Assembly (NCBI RefSeq): GCF_018350175.1 | Contig: NC_058368.1 | Location: 205,036,001-205,100,000, forward strand | Length of the DNA stretch: 64,000 bases | Direction: 5' to 3' | From: Felis catus | Lineage: Eukaryota | Translations under genes and position numbers: made by a program | Notes under the pieces: generated by a model | Told to the model about the DNA's origin: nothing | The model's input: the letters and a program-made list of their open reading frames with translations, nothing else | Databases searched by the model: none | Shown here: one piece after another, positions 1-12,302 of the stretch | How the letters are laid out: every line of letters starts with the position of its first letter | How positions within the stretch are numbered: position 1 is the stretch's first letter

Positions 1-1330
1 ACACAACTCACTAAGGCCATTACTGAGGACACCAGTCAGCAATATCCAAAAATGTGGTAGTAGCTCTCCTTTGTCGACCAATGTTAATAGTAAGGAAGTG
101 GCCAAAGAGTTAGGTTCATTAATATCATGGGGACATGGGTCCTGAAATGATAAAAGCCATTGGCAATGCTTAACTGATAGGAGCCAGGCAGCTGAAATTA
201 CCATAACGCCTGGCAAGGTTATAAAGGTAGCAAGAGGGCTTAACTGGCAAGGAATTGCAGAAAAGGTAAATAGAGCATGACATCCCCAGAGGCATATTTG
301 AGGGCAGCCAATAAGGATGCTGTTTACCATCTGCAACCAAAAAAAAAAAAAAAAAAAGGTAGTTCTAGAATTCTGGCTAAAGTGCAACTCCTAGTGGACC
401 CACTCTAATTATTTGCCCAGTCCCTGAATGTATAATTGCAATTGTTACACTTGGCACTGAAGTTACATGCCCCTCCAACACACACACAAACTGGTCCTTT
501 GCCTCTGCAGTAAAAGTTATCTTAAGGGAGAAGGTCAGGTGGAAAACTCTGAAACTACCCCCCACCCTGGCTAAGAGAGTAAATCAAAAGCAATATGACA
601 GTTGGGTGAGATGGCAGAAATGAGTGTGTCCATTACAAATCTAAAAGATTGCAGGGGTAGTATTCCCTATCATATTTCTGCTCGGTGTGACAGTCTGGCC
701 TTAGCAGAAACTGTATGGATCCTGGAAAATGACTGAGGACTAGTGCAACTTAACCAAGTAGTAGCCTCAACGCAGTGAGAGTGATTGGGTGGCCAAGGAG
801 GGTATTGCCATTAGAAGAACAGATTAATAATGCCTCAGGTACATGGTATGCAATCATTCATCTGGAGAATATATCCTTTTCACTCTGAATCAGGAGAGAG
901 GATCAGAAACTGTTTGCATTCATGTGGGACAGCAATATTCATTTACAGTTTTGCCTCAGGACTCTCTGAACTCTTCTGCTCTGTGCCATGATATGGTCCA
1001 AATAGCCTGGGCATTCCACAGAACATCACACAGATATATTACATAAATGACATCATACTAATTGGGAAAAACAAACAAGAGTTAACTAATATGCTGGAAG
1101 CCTTGGAAAGATACACATGTTGCAGAGGGTGGAAGATAAACCTTATGAAGATTCAAGTACCTGCCATTCAGTGATGATCTTAAGGATCCATGATCAGGGG
1201 CATGCCATGATACGTCATACAAAGTAAAAGCCAGGATTCTGCACCTCTCCTATTCCCCCATACCCACCCTCTGCTCCAACAAGAAGAAAACATAAAGCTT
1301 GATGGGTCTCTCTTGGTTCTGGGCTCACTG
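1..1330 (+). mobile_element. ERVL-class endogenous retrovirus internal remnant (degenerate gag, protease and reverse transcriptase; runs off the window start)
   Basis: Translates piecewise to ERVL-like motifs: PVPECIIAIVTLG (~418-456, protease region), GSWKMTED*CNLNQVV (~717-765), EQINNASGTWYAIIHLEN (~817-870), GQQYSFTVLPQDSLNSSALCHDMV (ORF 843..1046) and YINDIILIG (~1040-1066, decayed YIDD). Stops and frameshifts throughout. Confidence 0.85.
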
Positions 1331-1344
1331 TGAACTAGACTTCC

Positions 1345-1525
1345 ATGACTGGGATCTCTGGTCTGGGTAACTGGCGGACGGTAAAGTCATTAACTGAACT
1401 AGGAGAGGCAGAGGAGGACAGTTTTGCTTGAGGGTAGAGAGAGACTTGAGGCTGCAATAAACACAACCTCAGACCTCAGATCAGAAAAGGCTCCAAGACA
1501 CAGAAGGGCTGTTGGAGTGTAGGTG
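1345..1525 (-). mobile_element. L2 LINE fragment
   Basis: tggtctgggtaactggcggacggtaaagtcattaactgaactaggagag resembles antisense L2 3' region; highly diverged. Confidence 0.45.
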
Positions 1526-2361
1526 TAAATAGGGACAAATAGCTATTTTTTATCTATGTATGAAGAGAGTTGCAGGGATAGAGTCCCAAGTGAGCATTCT
1601 TCTAGCATGACACTGCTTAGAGTGTGTGACAGTTTTGAGGAGTATTATTTCACTAAAGTCATTATAGATGTAAAAAATGCTTATTTGTTTGATGTTCTTA
1701 CTAACCTCTATCGAATAACATCTTATAAGGACATTTTAAAGCCCTTGTTTACTCATCAAAGAGTAACTGTTGTTTGCTCATTAAGATCAGTTAGTTTATG
1801 AAAACATCCTGCATTAGTACCAGATGTTTTCAGTGAGTTAGAGAAAGAGGTTGAACTACCAGAAATGATGTCTATGTTGAAATCTAGATGTAATTAAATG
1901 ACACTAGGTTGAAAACCCTATGTAATATCTTTCTGCATCATGTATGTAACTTATTCCTGTGCTGTGAAGATGAAACATCTTCATTTTTAAAGTTATATAA
2001 GGACCTTTTACAAACCTTAGAAGGGAGAAAAACAAGGAAAGGTGTTGGAGGAACTTTCACTGGATACTCTTGAGTGCATATTTTATTTTGATCCATGGGT
2101 ATATATCTTATATTTAAAAACAAATAAATATTTAAAAATACACAGAAGTGAAGAAAAACAGTTCTATTCACAAAGTCATCCAAATTATAACATGCATAGG
2201 AATAAAATATAGCAGGAAAGGGGTAGGATTTTTATGACAAAAGCTATAAAATATACTTTAAAAACATACAATAAGACTTGGATTGGAAACAAAACCTATG
2301 TTCTTGGATGGAAGATTTACTATAAAATATCAATCCTTCCCAAATTAAAAAAATAATAATT

Positions 2362-2580
2362 TTTTAAATTTTTTTAACGTTTATTTATTTTTGAGACAGA
2401 GAGAGACAGAGAATGAATGGGGGAGGGTCAGAGAGAGAGAGGGAGACACAGAATCTGAAACAGGCTCCAGGTTCTGAGCTGTCAGCACAGAGCCCGACAC
2501 GGGGCTCGAACTCACGGACCGCGAGATCATGGCCTGAGCCGAAGTCGGAAGCTCAACCGACTGAGCCACCCAGGCGCCCC
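2362..2580 (-). mobile_element. Can-SINE (SINEC_Fc2-like), full length
   Basis: Antisense ggggcgcctgggtggctcagtcggttgag head, (CT)n body, AATAAA tail; TSD about aaaaataataattt on both sides; CpGs retained. Confidence 0.95.
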
Positions 2581-2794
2581 CCAAAAATAATAATTTAATG
2601 CAATTACAATCAGAATTCCAATGGGTTGGGACAAAAGCATTTTAAAGTAAATATGGATGCATAACTGATTAATAATAACCACGACAATTTAGAATAAGGA
2701 GGGAGCATTGGTGAAGGATCTAATGTTATTGGATGTTAAAAATTTGCTGTAATATTTTTATAACCTACTGTTTTGGATAGTATACCGTTGAAAT

Positions 2795-3140
2795 TTATTG
2801 TTCTAAGTGCTTTACAAACATTAACTCACTTAATCCTTAGACAACTCCATGAGAGAGATACTATTTTTTTTTTAATTTTATATATGAAATTTATTGTCAA
2901 ATTGGTTTCCATACAACACCCAGTGCTCATCCCAAAAGGTGCCCTCTTCAATACCCATCACCCACCCTCTCCTCCCTCCCACCCCCCATCAACCCTCAGT
3001 TTGTTCTCAGTTTTTAACAGTCTCTTATGCTTTGGGAGAGAGATACTATTCTTATTTCCATTTCATAGGTGAAGAACTAAGGCCAGAGAACCTTGCCCAA
3101 GGTCACAAAGTCAATACATAGGAGAACCTGGATTCAGTCA
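2795..3140 (-). mobile_element. MIR SINE split by an L1 3' stub
   Basis: gttctaagtgctttaca..ttaatcctt..acaactccatgag [insert] attcttatttccatttcataggtgaagaactaaggccagag..cttgcccaaggtcaca matches the antisense MIR core. Confidence 0.8.
2866..3035 (-). mobile_element. Young L1 (L1_Fc-type) 3' UTR stub, heavily 5'-truncated
   Basis: Nearly identical to the reverse complement of the L1 3' end at ~56610-56770; poly(T) on the left; perfect 15-bp TSD gagagagatactatt at 2851-2865 and 3036-3050. Confidence 0.92.
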
Positions 3141-3217
3141 TGCCCTTGCTTAGTATATTAGGCAACTTCTCAAAGGCAAATAAATCAGTGGACTAGAACA
3201 GAGTATAGAAACGGATC

Positions 3218-3775
3218 TGTTCCTGGGTGATGGGTTGTGGAACTCCTCAGTCCTTGTCTTCTGGAAAGAATTCAGTCAAGACATTCAACAGAGAGTTAAA
3301 GTAGCAACGTTTTTATTTAGCAAAGAGTGGCAGTACTGACCCGAGGATGGATGGCAATGCTCTGAGTCGCTGACACTTCTCCTTTATGGGGATTTATTTG
3401 GTGTGCTCCCTTCCATCTCATTATCATCACTCCACCCCTGGATCCACCTTGCTTTCCTCCCCTTCAACATTTTGCTCAAATTTATGTTAGTCCTTTTCCC
3501 CGTGAGTGCCTAAGTGTAACCCATGGCAATGCAATGATGCTATGGTGATATTATAATAACCTCGAGGTTACTAGTGGACAAGGTCTTTCTCAAGTAAGTG
3601 TGCTTCAAAGTTGTATCTTCTGCTTGTCAGTCTGTGCTAAACCACAATAGCGAGTGGTTTATGGGAGTTGGACAATCTCAGGGTGGAGATCAGGTGGTCT
3701 CTGGCAATTGTCCATTTGTTATTCCATCATTCTTCTTTCTCCCCTCCTGCTTGTGTCTATCCGCCTACTCTAACA
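3218..3775 (-). mobile_element. Solo LTR, ERV1 class
   Basis: TGTT...AACA termini, 4-bp TSD gatc (3214-3217 and 3776-3779), AATAAA on the minus strand near 3312-3317; 558 bp. Confidence 0.8.
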
Positions 3776-4280
3776 GATCCACTGGCAAACAGGATCTTAT
3801 TAGATGCAAAGAGTAGTGTTTCTATTCAGTAAAACATTACTCTCTAGTACCAACACAACTGGTTCTTCAACAAAACTCTAACTTGTCTGATCCTAGATGA
3901 CTAAAATCATTTGAAAAAATGGGTCGCCAAAAAAGGTTTCTTGGAGGCGAAAAGAAGGTAAGGAATGACTGTTGTATACTTCTCTAATCTCTTTATCATA
4001 AGAATTCATGTATGGAAGAGTGTTTGCACAGATACCAATCCTCTGGGTGGGGATTATGTGGTAGAGATCCTGTGAAAAGAAACAGGATCTAAGGTCTTGA
4101 CCAACTGGTCAGGGATGTAAAGACCAGAGAACTACTTCAAGCTGTTGGTGGTAGAAATAACGCATCCCACCAATCAGCACAAAAGTACCCAGGAGCTAAC
4201 TGAATTTGGCTACTACCCTGCTTTTATCCACAGGCAATTGTTCTGTTTCTTCTGTTATTTCAGCTATAAAAATAGGATTT

Positions 4281-4500
4281 GGGGGGCACCTGGGTGGCTC
4301 AGTCAGTTAAGCATCGACTTTGGCTCAGGTCATGATCTCATGGTTCGTGAGTTGAGCCCCGTGTCAGTCTCTGTGCTAACAGCTCTGAGCCTGGAGCTTG
4401 CTTTGGATTCTGTGTCTCCTCCTCTCTCTCTCTGCCCCTCTCTGCTTTCTCTCTCTCTCACTCTCTCTGCTCCCCCTGTCAAAAATAAATAAATATTTTT
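4281..4500 (+). mobile_element. Can-SINE
   Basis: ggggcacctgggtggctcag head, CT-rich tract, aaaaataaataaa tail; TSD taaaaata(g/t)gattt. Confidence 0.95.
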
Positions 4501-4958
4501 TAAAAATATGATTTTCATTGATGTATTTGTTATTTTAAGATCATCCAACATAAGAAGACACTATATCACCCATTCTACAGTTCAAATTGGAACTGTTTCT
4601 AAAAAATCACCTTTACCATTTTCACATTTCCCCTAATTCTTGAATTTCATTAAGAGAAAAAGAACACATTAAAGACATATACAAGCAGGTATGTACATGG
4701 ATTCCCATGAAAGCCAAATTAAACTGAAGAGACAATGAAGATACATTATAATGCGTGATTTCACTGCCTCATTTTCTTTAGAGCTATTCTGAATTCTTTT
4801 AGAGATTGACCACTTCTCTCCCCATCTCTCTTCCTCCTTCCCCCTTTCTCTCTCTCTCTGTCCACGCTTTATCCCTCCCATCAATTGTCTTTACTTTAGA
4901 TATAGCTTAAGGATACAGCCATTTTTTATTCATTTTCTTTGCAAATATTTTACCTTGG

Positions 4959-5100
4959 CAGTGTTTCTCAAAGTGTGGTCCATGGACTACCTGCAGCAGA
5001 AATACCTGAGATATTTGATATAAAAATGAAGGCTACCATGTTCCACTTTGTACAAACTAAACCCAAATCTCTGGGAATGGGGATCTAGATTTACAAGCAT
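4959..5100. mobile_element. MER5-like hAT-Charlie MITE fragment
   Basis: cagtgtttctcaaagtgtggtcc terminal sequence and aatctctgggaatgggg internal motif. Confidence 0.7.
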
Positions 5101-5236
5101 ACCGTGCAGAGATGTGATTCCCATACATGTCTAGATGTGATCTAGACACAATATTTAACATGGATACATCATTTTAGAATGCTAGTGATTTGCACATGAA
5201 AAGAAGTCCCAGCAGTCATTTCTTTAATCAATAACG

Positions 5237-5283
5237 TTTTTTTTAAGTTTATTTATTTATTTTGAGAGAGGAGGAGGGGGGGA

Positions 5284-5317
<34 letters not shown>

Positions 5318-5486
5318 CATGAATATGGGAGGGCAGAGAGAGAGAATCCCAAGAAGGCTCTGTGCTGTCAGTGGGAGCCGGATGTGGGGCTCCAACTCGA
5401 AAACTGTGAGATCATGACCTGATCTGAAACCAAGAGTCGGATGCTTAACTGTCCAGCTTCACTTAACTGAGCCACCCAGGTGTCCC
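5237..5486 (-). mobile_element. Can-SINE
   Basis: Antisense SINE with (GA)n; TSD tctttaatcaa(t/c)aac; small internal duplication of cttaactg near 5445-5469. Confidence 0.93.
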
Positions 5487-5499
5487 TCTTTAATCAACA

Positions 5500-5920
5500 A
5501 CTTTTTAAAGGACAGTTACTATGGGCCAGGCACTGAGTTGGGTACAGTAATATGATAATGAGTAAAGCAGACATTGTCTTGCCTTTATGGTGCTTTTAGA
5601 CTAATGGGGAAGAAAGATATTGATCAATTAATCATCTAAAACTGTGTTATGCTATGAAGTAGTACCATATAATACAATAGAACTTGGGATTCAAGGAAGG
5701 CTTTCTGGAAAGAAGTCCCACTAGAATCACACTTAAATTGAACTAGGGAAGAAATGGAAGAGAGTTTTCTTTCTAGACAAAAGGAATGTGATGTGCTCGT
5801 TGTGCAGTAAGTCCAGTGCATGGGACAGAGGAGAGCTGTATGGCTACCTCTGAGACAGTGGGGAGGGTACGTAGTGCAGAGTGAGAAGGAGCTTGGGGCT
5901 TACAGGACATTTTTAGACAG
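5500..5920 (-). mobile_element. L2 LINE 3' fragment
   Basis: tactatgggccaggcactg..cagacattgtcttgcctttatggtgcttttagactaatgggg matches the antisense L2 3' end pattern. Confidence 0.7.
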
Positions 5921-7979
5921 TTTCTCAGATTGTAAAATTGGGTTTGTAGGTGATGACCTATCTTGCTAGGATGATGCAGCAGGATATTTTGCTAAGAGTA
6001 CTTGAGAGATTAAGACATGTTACCTTGTCCTACCACCAACTAGTTGCATGATAAGCTATTTAGCTTCCTTACATATAAAGCATGGGTACCTTCCCTGTCC
6101 CTGTATACTGTCAAAGTGGTTTTTGTGCTTTAACCTTTATTATTACCCAGGACAGGGAAGGTACCCATTTCTGAAGGTCTGTCATGAACTCAGCTCTTGA
6201 TCTTTGCTTCTGCTGGCTTTTACCCACTATTTCTTACTACTTCTCTGTGCTCTTTTCCTGATGATTACACTAGTCTTATCAGCTTTAGATGACTGATGTC
6301 TCAGTTCATAGTTGTTAAAAAGCACTCTGAGGATGTATTTTCCCCTGAGTTTCTGGCACCTTTTCCTTTCTTTCTTCTTTTTGCCTTTTTGAAGTTCTAC
6401 TATCCTTTATTTTTATGTCTTTTATTCCAGTCTAGAATTCAAACAGCTGAAAATACCTTACAAACACCCAAAGATTGCCCCTTTTTTGCAGTACCCCTTT
6501 CTTAGCTGTTTAGTCTTAGAAATTTCTCACTTGCCTCAACTTCAGTGCCAGATTTGATTCTACTTTAAAGCAGAGCATTAGGTCCCTTTAGTTCATACAT
6601 TTTCAGAAACACTTAAATTGAACAATGTGTCTGTATTTCTTCTCTTCCTTAGCCTTGGCCATCTCCACTGTCATAAGCAGCACTGACTTATCTTACTTTC
6701 CATAAATATTAGATTTGAAAAAATGCACAATGATTTAGACTCTACTTACAATTAACTCTGCTGGTATTTCAGAGGAGCTGAGTCTTATAATCAAGGTTAT
6801 CCCTTATCACAGTCTGGTGGCTAACCATGAAGAAAGTAGATGGTGAGTCTCCAAAGTCCTTGGAGAGCAAGGCCATGTCTTCCGTTTCTTTCATATCCTT
6901 CAAAGTTCAGAGCTGAGCCCAGAGTTAGTCTCAGCTCTGGTACCAAATCAGTGACTAAGGGAACATCTCAGGGTTATGCTTTCCAGACCTCTACATGGCA
7001 AGTTGTAGCTGTGACTCTCTTTATCTAATGACAGACTTGATGTTTGACAGTTTCTTCTAATTCACTTAAACCTACTTCAAGTTTAACAAGGAACTAAACC
7101 TCCTCCCTCTTCTGCTCTGTCCTGAGGCCAGACACCATTTCTTGGGTCTCTCGGTTCATGGCAAGCCTGTTGCCTTCCCTAAAGGATTTGTTCTTCATTT
7201 CATTCTGGCAGCGTCTCAATTCTAGAAGACTTGGCAATAATCCCCAAATGCTTTGCATATGTTGTCCCATAAGGACTGAGAGAAATGTAAACAAATTTAG
7301 GGACAGCCCCATCCTACAGTATAATATAAAAAGTAGGCATATTAAAATTCTTCATGGTCTTAGCTTATATGGTTATGAAAATTAGTTTTAGTTCATGTGT
7401 CCAATATCTAAATGAAGCAAATGTGGGACACGTAAAAACCAGACAGTAGCTCTTGGAAGACCTGCCTTCTTCTGTTCTCTCTCTGACCCAAGAATGAATT
7501 GATAATAAGGGGAAAACCCAAGCAGAGTATATCTGTTAAAGGAAGACAGTTAAAGCTTCCTGGGTTTTATCTCTGCATTCATGTGCCTGAGTCAGTTTTA
7601 GCAGAGTCAAAGCAGTTGCTAAGTAGAACGTCTCAGTGGCAAAAAAGGTTGAAATGACTAGTTGTCTGTGCTATTATGCTGTTGTTTTGATTTTCCATTA
7701 TCAGGCTAAATAATTTATTTTAAAAATGATTAATCAATGAAACATAAGCATAACCTAAAAATCAAGTTTGTGGAGTTATTAGTCCTACATGGTTGATGGA
7801 AACTAGAGAATAGATAAGAATAAATCTGCCCTTGAGGGCCTTATTCACCAAAGTGTGGGAACTATTCTAATCAATAGAATACAGAAGATAAATCACAAAA
7901 CCAAAGGGAGTGGAAAGAAAGGAGCTCACCAAAGTAACTTTGAGAAATAGTGTTTTGACTGAATAGAAATAGACTAAAT

Positions 7980-9595
7980 AAAAATTTAAAAATTCTGAAA
8001 TGACTTTGTTTTTATACTGTAGTTGATAAATAAGTATATGTATGGTAGATAATAAGAGCCAGGTTTCTCACCATCAGAGAAAGAAGATATAAATAAGGAA
8101 AAGGAGGAAAGCAGAATTAACCCTGCAAGGGTGGATTGGTATCCGAGGCATCAAAATGACTCATGTTTGTTTTTAAGTACTTATACAGATAACTAAATAA
8201 ATAAATAGAAGTTAGTATATTGGCTTTATCCACTGAGAGTGGCTAGAATAATGAACGCTCAAGAGCAAGGAGAACATCTAATACCAAGATCCCATTTTCT
8301 AAATACCATTCTCAAACTAAAAACAAACAGACAAACAAAAACAGAAGTCTTTAGAGAACTGGTTTATTCCAGGCCTGAGTCAGGGAAAACACAAGTTTAA
8401 CCTGAGCATCTTGTAGTGTCTAAAATAAGGAAGTGCTAAACAAACAAATAGACAGACAAAAAATGAGATCATACCAAAAGGACACTGGAGATCCTCTAAA
8501 AGTTCCCAATGGCCAAATTTAGAATAGTTTGAAGAACAAAATAAATAATGATAGTATTGGATTATAACCCAAAGACTAAAATAAATATCTATGAATGTAC
8601 ATCGATACAAATAAAAATAAATAGTCTAGAAGTGACAACTTACAAAAGAATTCCAATTAATAAATGGAAAAAGAATGATAGAAATAGAAAATCATTATTA
8701 GCATAGCATAGTAAGAATTGTTGCAGACACGGTCCATTATGGAATGCTTAAATCTGTTGACTAAACTTTAATTAAAATAGGGTATTTGCATAACCTTAAA
8801 GCATCTTTGTCAAAATATTAATTTCAAAAGGAAAAATAGTACATTTCCACCTTAGTCAAGTGATCAAGGTTAACATCATCATTAAAAATAGTGACATCAT
8901 GTTTGATGATTTGATACCCTGAGAAGGGCACATCATGCCTTGGTAGCCTTCCCCAAAATACGTAATTTCAATATAATCATAGGAAACTTCAGATAAACTT
9001 AAGTTGAAGAACATACTTCAAAATAACTGACCAGTGCTTTTTCAAAAATGCCAAGGTTATGCAATATAAGACAAGACTAAGGAATTGTCAGAGTGAAGGA
9101 GACCTAATTTAGATACTACATCTAAATTAGGGGTAGGCAAAGTTTTTCTATAAAGGGATACATTGTAAATGTTTTAGGTTTTGTAGGCCATGTGACTTTT
9201 GTCCAACTATTCATTGCTACCAAATTTAGTGGTAAAAGCTGACAGAAATAATATGTAAATAAATGATCTTGGCTATGTTCCAATACAAGTTTATTTACAA
9301 AAAAGACAGTGGGCCATATTGATATCTGGAGCCATAGTTTACTGACCTCTGATCTAAATGTATTGTAGGATCCTTGCACAGAGAAAAGATAGTTAGTGGA
9401 AAAAACTGATAAAATCTAAATGAGTTCTGTTTTTTAGTTACTAGAATTATATCAAGATTACTTTCTTAGTTTTCATAAATGTTCTATGGTTATGTAAAAT
9501 GCAAGCATAAGAAAACTGGGAGAATGGTGTGTAGAAACTCTGTACTACTTTGCTATTCGTCTGAAAGGCTAAAATTATCTTTAAAAAATTCCAAA
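7980..9595 (+). mobile_element. Old L1MC-type 3' region (interrupted by MER58A)
   Basis: gccaggtttctcacc..agaaagaag, gtgatcaaggttaacatca, aaataactgaccagtgctttttcaaaaatgccaagg, ctctgtactactttgc..tctgaaag are typical L1MC 3' UTR motifs. Confidence 0.75.
9128..9351 (+). mobile_element. MER58A (hAT-Charlie MITE)
   Basis: Imperfect TIRs taggggtaggcaaa ... tttactgacctctg; 8-bp TSD atctaaat at 9120-9127 and 9352-9359. Confidence 0.88.
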
Positions 9596-10439
9596 AAGCC
9601 ATTAGTCAAATACATACATTCATAGCTAGATACATAGATACATAAATGGAATTGAAGATGGCTAGGAGAGAGAAGAGACGGGGTTAGTTACTGTAGGAAA
9701 AGTCAATGCAAACATAGCCAGAAGTATAATATTCGTTGACCTTGTGAGCTTTTAAAACTACTACATATTGAACTCTTATTTAAGTTTTTGTTCAAGTCAC
9801 TAAGATTTTTCCCCATAAGCATTTTTCCCCCCTTGTGATAAGAGATGGGCCAGGGGCCATTAGGAGATTTTTGAGACAGTGCACACAAAAAATTGTTCAT
9901 TTGTAGAGAAAGCTTGCACAACTTTAAAGAACTACTAACAGGTACATTTATGAGCTGGTCATAGCAGCTTCTTATACTCATTGTTGAATGATTCTTTGAT
10001 TGAATCCAGGCTGACCTGTCAATTTGTTTAGGGACTGAGGCCTTTCATGTGGTTAGAAACACAAAAAGACCTCTCAAAAAGACAAAGGCAGATATGTCTA
10101 CACATGCATATCCACAGATTTAAAGGGATCTGCATTCCCTTTAGATCCACTTTAAAATGCTTAATTCTTTTCCTAAGAAGTATAGAAATATGGGAAGGAA
10201 ATGGAGGAAGGGATTGTGACATTTGGGCTCAGGCTCAAATTGAAACACCAGCTTCTTCCCTTGGTGAGAATCATATGTACATATCTGCATATCTACATAC
10301 ATATATTTGTTCATTTTTATATTGTTAACTTATACTTGGAGGATCTTAATTACTTACCTTGGAAGGCTCTGAACTCATAAGCCATCAGCCAATCAAAAAA
10401 TCCTTATTGAGTAATTACTGTGTGATAACCCTCTCTCAC

Positions 10440-11170
10440 ACCCCATCTTATCCAATACAAATCCTTTTGGTGCTAACTCTGAAATCTGTCACAAGTGTAA
10501 CCATTTTCTCCACTATATCCTAAGTCCAAAACTAGTACAAACCATCATTTTTCCTTACCATTATTCCTGCACTACCTCTTTCCTTGTCCCCTGGTCCACT
10601 CTTCAGTTTGTACTTCATATAGTAGCCAGAGTGGTCTTTCAAAACTGGAATTCAGGTCACATTACTTCTTTGATTAAAACCCACCTATATTTTTCCATGC
10701 ACCAAAAGTAAATCTGAAATCCTTTTCAAGTACTGCACAATCTACACAATCTCTCTCCTGCTTACCTCTCCAATCTGATATGATTATTCCCTTTAGTGTG
10801 AATATCACTCCTCCAGATGTTTCCTTGGCTTACTTGTTCTTACTTAGATCTCATTTCAGATGTCAGGAACCCCTCCTGAACTTCAGAAATAAAGTTGATC
10901 CCACCCCATCAGTCTCTATCTCATTACATTTTTTTCTTCATAGTACTTACTACTCTCTGTAATTATCCTATTTGTTTCCTTTCATATAGTGATTTCCCCC
11001 AACTAGTTCCTTAAGGGTAGTGGCCGTATCTGTTTTGCTTGCCACTGTACTTCCAATGCTCAACATTGTAGTTGGCATAAATATCTCCAATAAAGAAATA
11101 TTTATTTATTCCAATAAATATTTGTCAATAAATATTTCTTGATGGAAATAAGTGAACATGTAAATGAATT
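10440..11170 (+). mobile_element. L2 LINE 3' part
   Basis: gccagagtggtctttcaaaactg..caggtcacattacttc.., ending in caataaatatttg repeats typical of the L2 terminus. Confidence 0.7.
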
Positions 11171-11174
11171 AATG

Positions 11175-11704
11175 CAAGGCCCTGTGCTAAAAATAGCAAG
11201 TGTTCAAGACTGATTTCTGGGCTCAAAGAGTTTATAATTTGGTAATAGTCACATTAGGGAGCATAGTAGAGTGCATCTGCATGAGGTCTTAAAAGAGAGG
11301 TCTTAGAAGAGTAATGCTGAGTTAGGATTCATAGGAACGACTAATGGATTCTGACCAAGGAGATCAAAGTGGTGTCATTCAGATTAGGCCTTAACGAGTG
11401 AGTAAACATATATGCAAAAACCTGGGGTTGCAAAAGGGATGGATAGATTGCCCTTCCATTCACCCCTCCAGGCCAAAACAATAATATAGCCTATCAATGA
11501 ATACAACAGTTGATGCAGACAGTGGGAAATAGGAGCCAAGGATGCAGGGTTTCTTGGGTCATTAAGTTTCTTGTCTCATTAAGTCACAATTGGAACTACA
11601 GAAGTGGAAGAAATCTGGGAGGCAAAGAGGGAAAGTGTACAAATGAAGGTAGAATAATTATATTTAAGAAAAAGTAAGCATAAAAGTCACTACCAAAAAG
11701 AGAC

Positions 11705-11735
<31 letters not shown>

Positions 11736-12130
11736 GACAGAGAAACAGAGAAAGAATGGTCAGAGAGGTAGCAAGAGAACATGTGATGGGAACTCATATT
11801 ATTTACCAGCCCTCTGTAGTCAATTCTGAAACAAACAAATGCAAACATTCTCTCATAGTTTAAGTAGGAGGATTATAGAAACCAAGGGAAAAGAGATTCA
11901 AGAGTGAAGAATTGGTCAACAGGGTCAAAGAACAGTTATAGAGAACTGGGAATTGGATTTGGCAATCAGGAGGTTATTGCTGACCTTCTGGGAACAGTTT
12001 CAGAGGCATGCTGGAGGAAGAAGCCAAAGTGCAGTGGGGTAAAGGGTGAGTGGCAGGTGGTCAAGTAGAGGCAAGGCAGTGAATTCAGTTTTGTTCTTCA
12101 AGAAGCTTGGTGGTAAATGGAGGCACAAGA
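11175..12130 (-). mobile_element. Degraded L2 fragments (antisense)
   Basis: caaggccctgtgcta.., ttggatttggcaatcaggaggttattgctgacctt..aacagtttcagagg. Confidence 0.55.
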
Positions 12131-12142
12131 AGTGTGTTTTAT

Positions 12143-12198
12143 GTTTTGTTTTGTTTTGTTTTGTTTTGTTTTGTTTTGTTTTGTTTTGTTTTGTTTTG
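12143..12198. repeat. (TTTTG)n microsatellite
   Basis: About 11 pentamer units read directly. Confidence 0.97.
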
Positions 12199-12302
12199 GT
12201 GGGAGGACTTCTGGCCATTGCAAATCATCTCAGGGAAGAGGGTGGGGCAGGTAAGTGAGCCAGCGGCATCACTGAGTGAGTCCTAGTCAAGGAAGTGACT
12301 TC

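Larger units (their letters stand above)
2140..3830 (+). mobile_element. Old L1M/L1ME ORF2 fossil, interrupted by SINE, MIR/L1 stub and LTR insertions
   Basis: tgttcttggatggaagatt...aaaatatcaatccttcccaaatt (CSWMGR..KISILPKL-like), resuming after the SINE as aatgcaattacaatcagaattcc and again around 3175-3217 and 3780-3830. Confidence 0.55.

Noticed and set aside
2381..2598. Recurrent similar short ORFs (e.g. AQSV..PTSAQ.MISR, ERERETQNLKQAPGSELSAQSP) across the window
   Set aside because: Translations of Can-SINE copies, not a gene family.
11549..11584. 17-bp tandem duplication gtttcttg..tcattaa
   Set aside because: Ordinary slippage duplication within degraded L2-like DNA.
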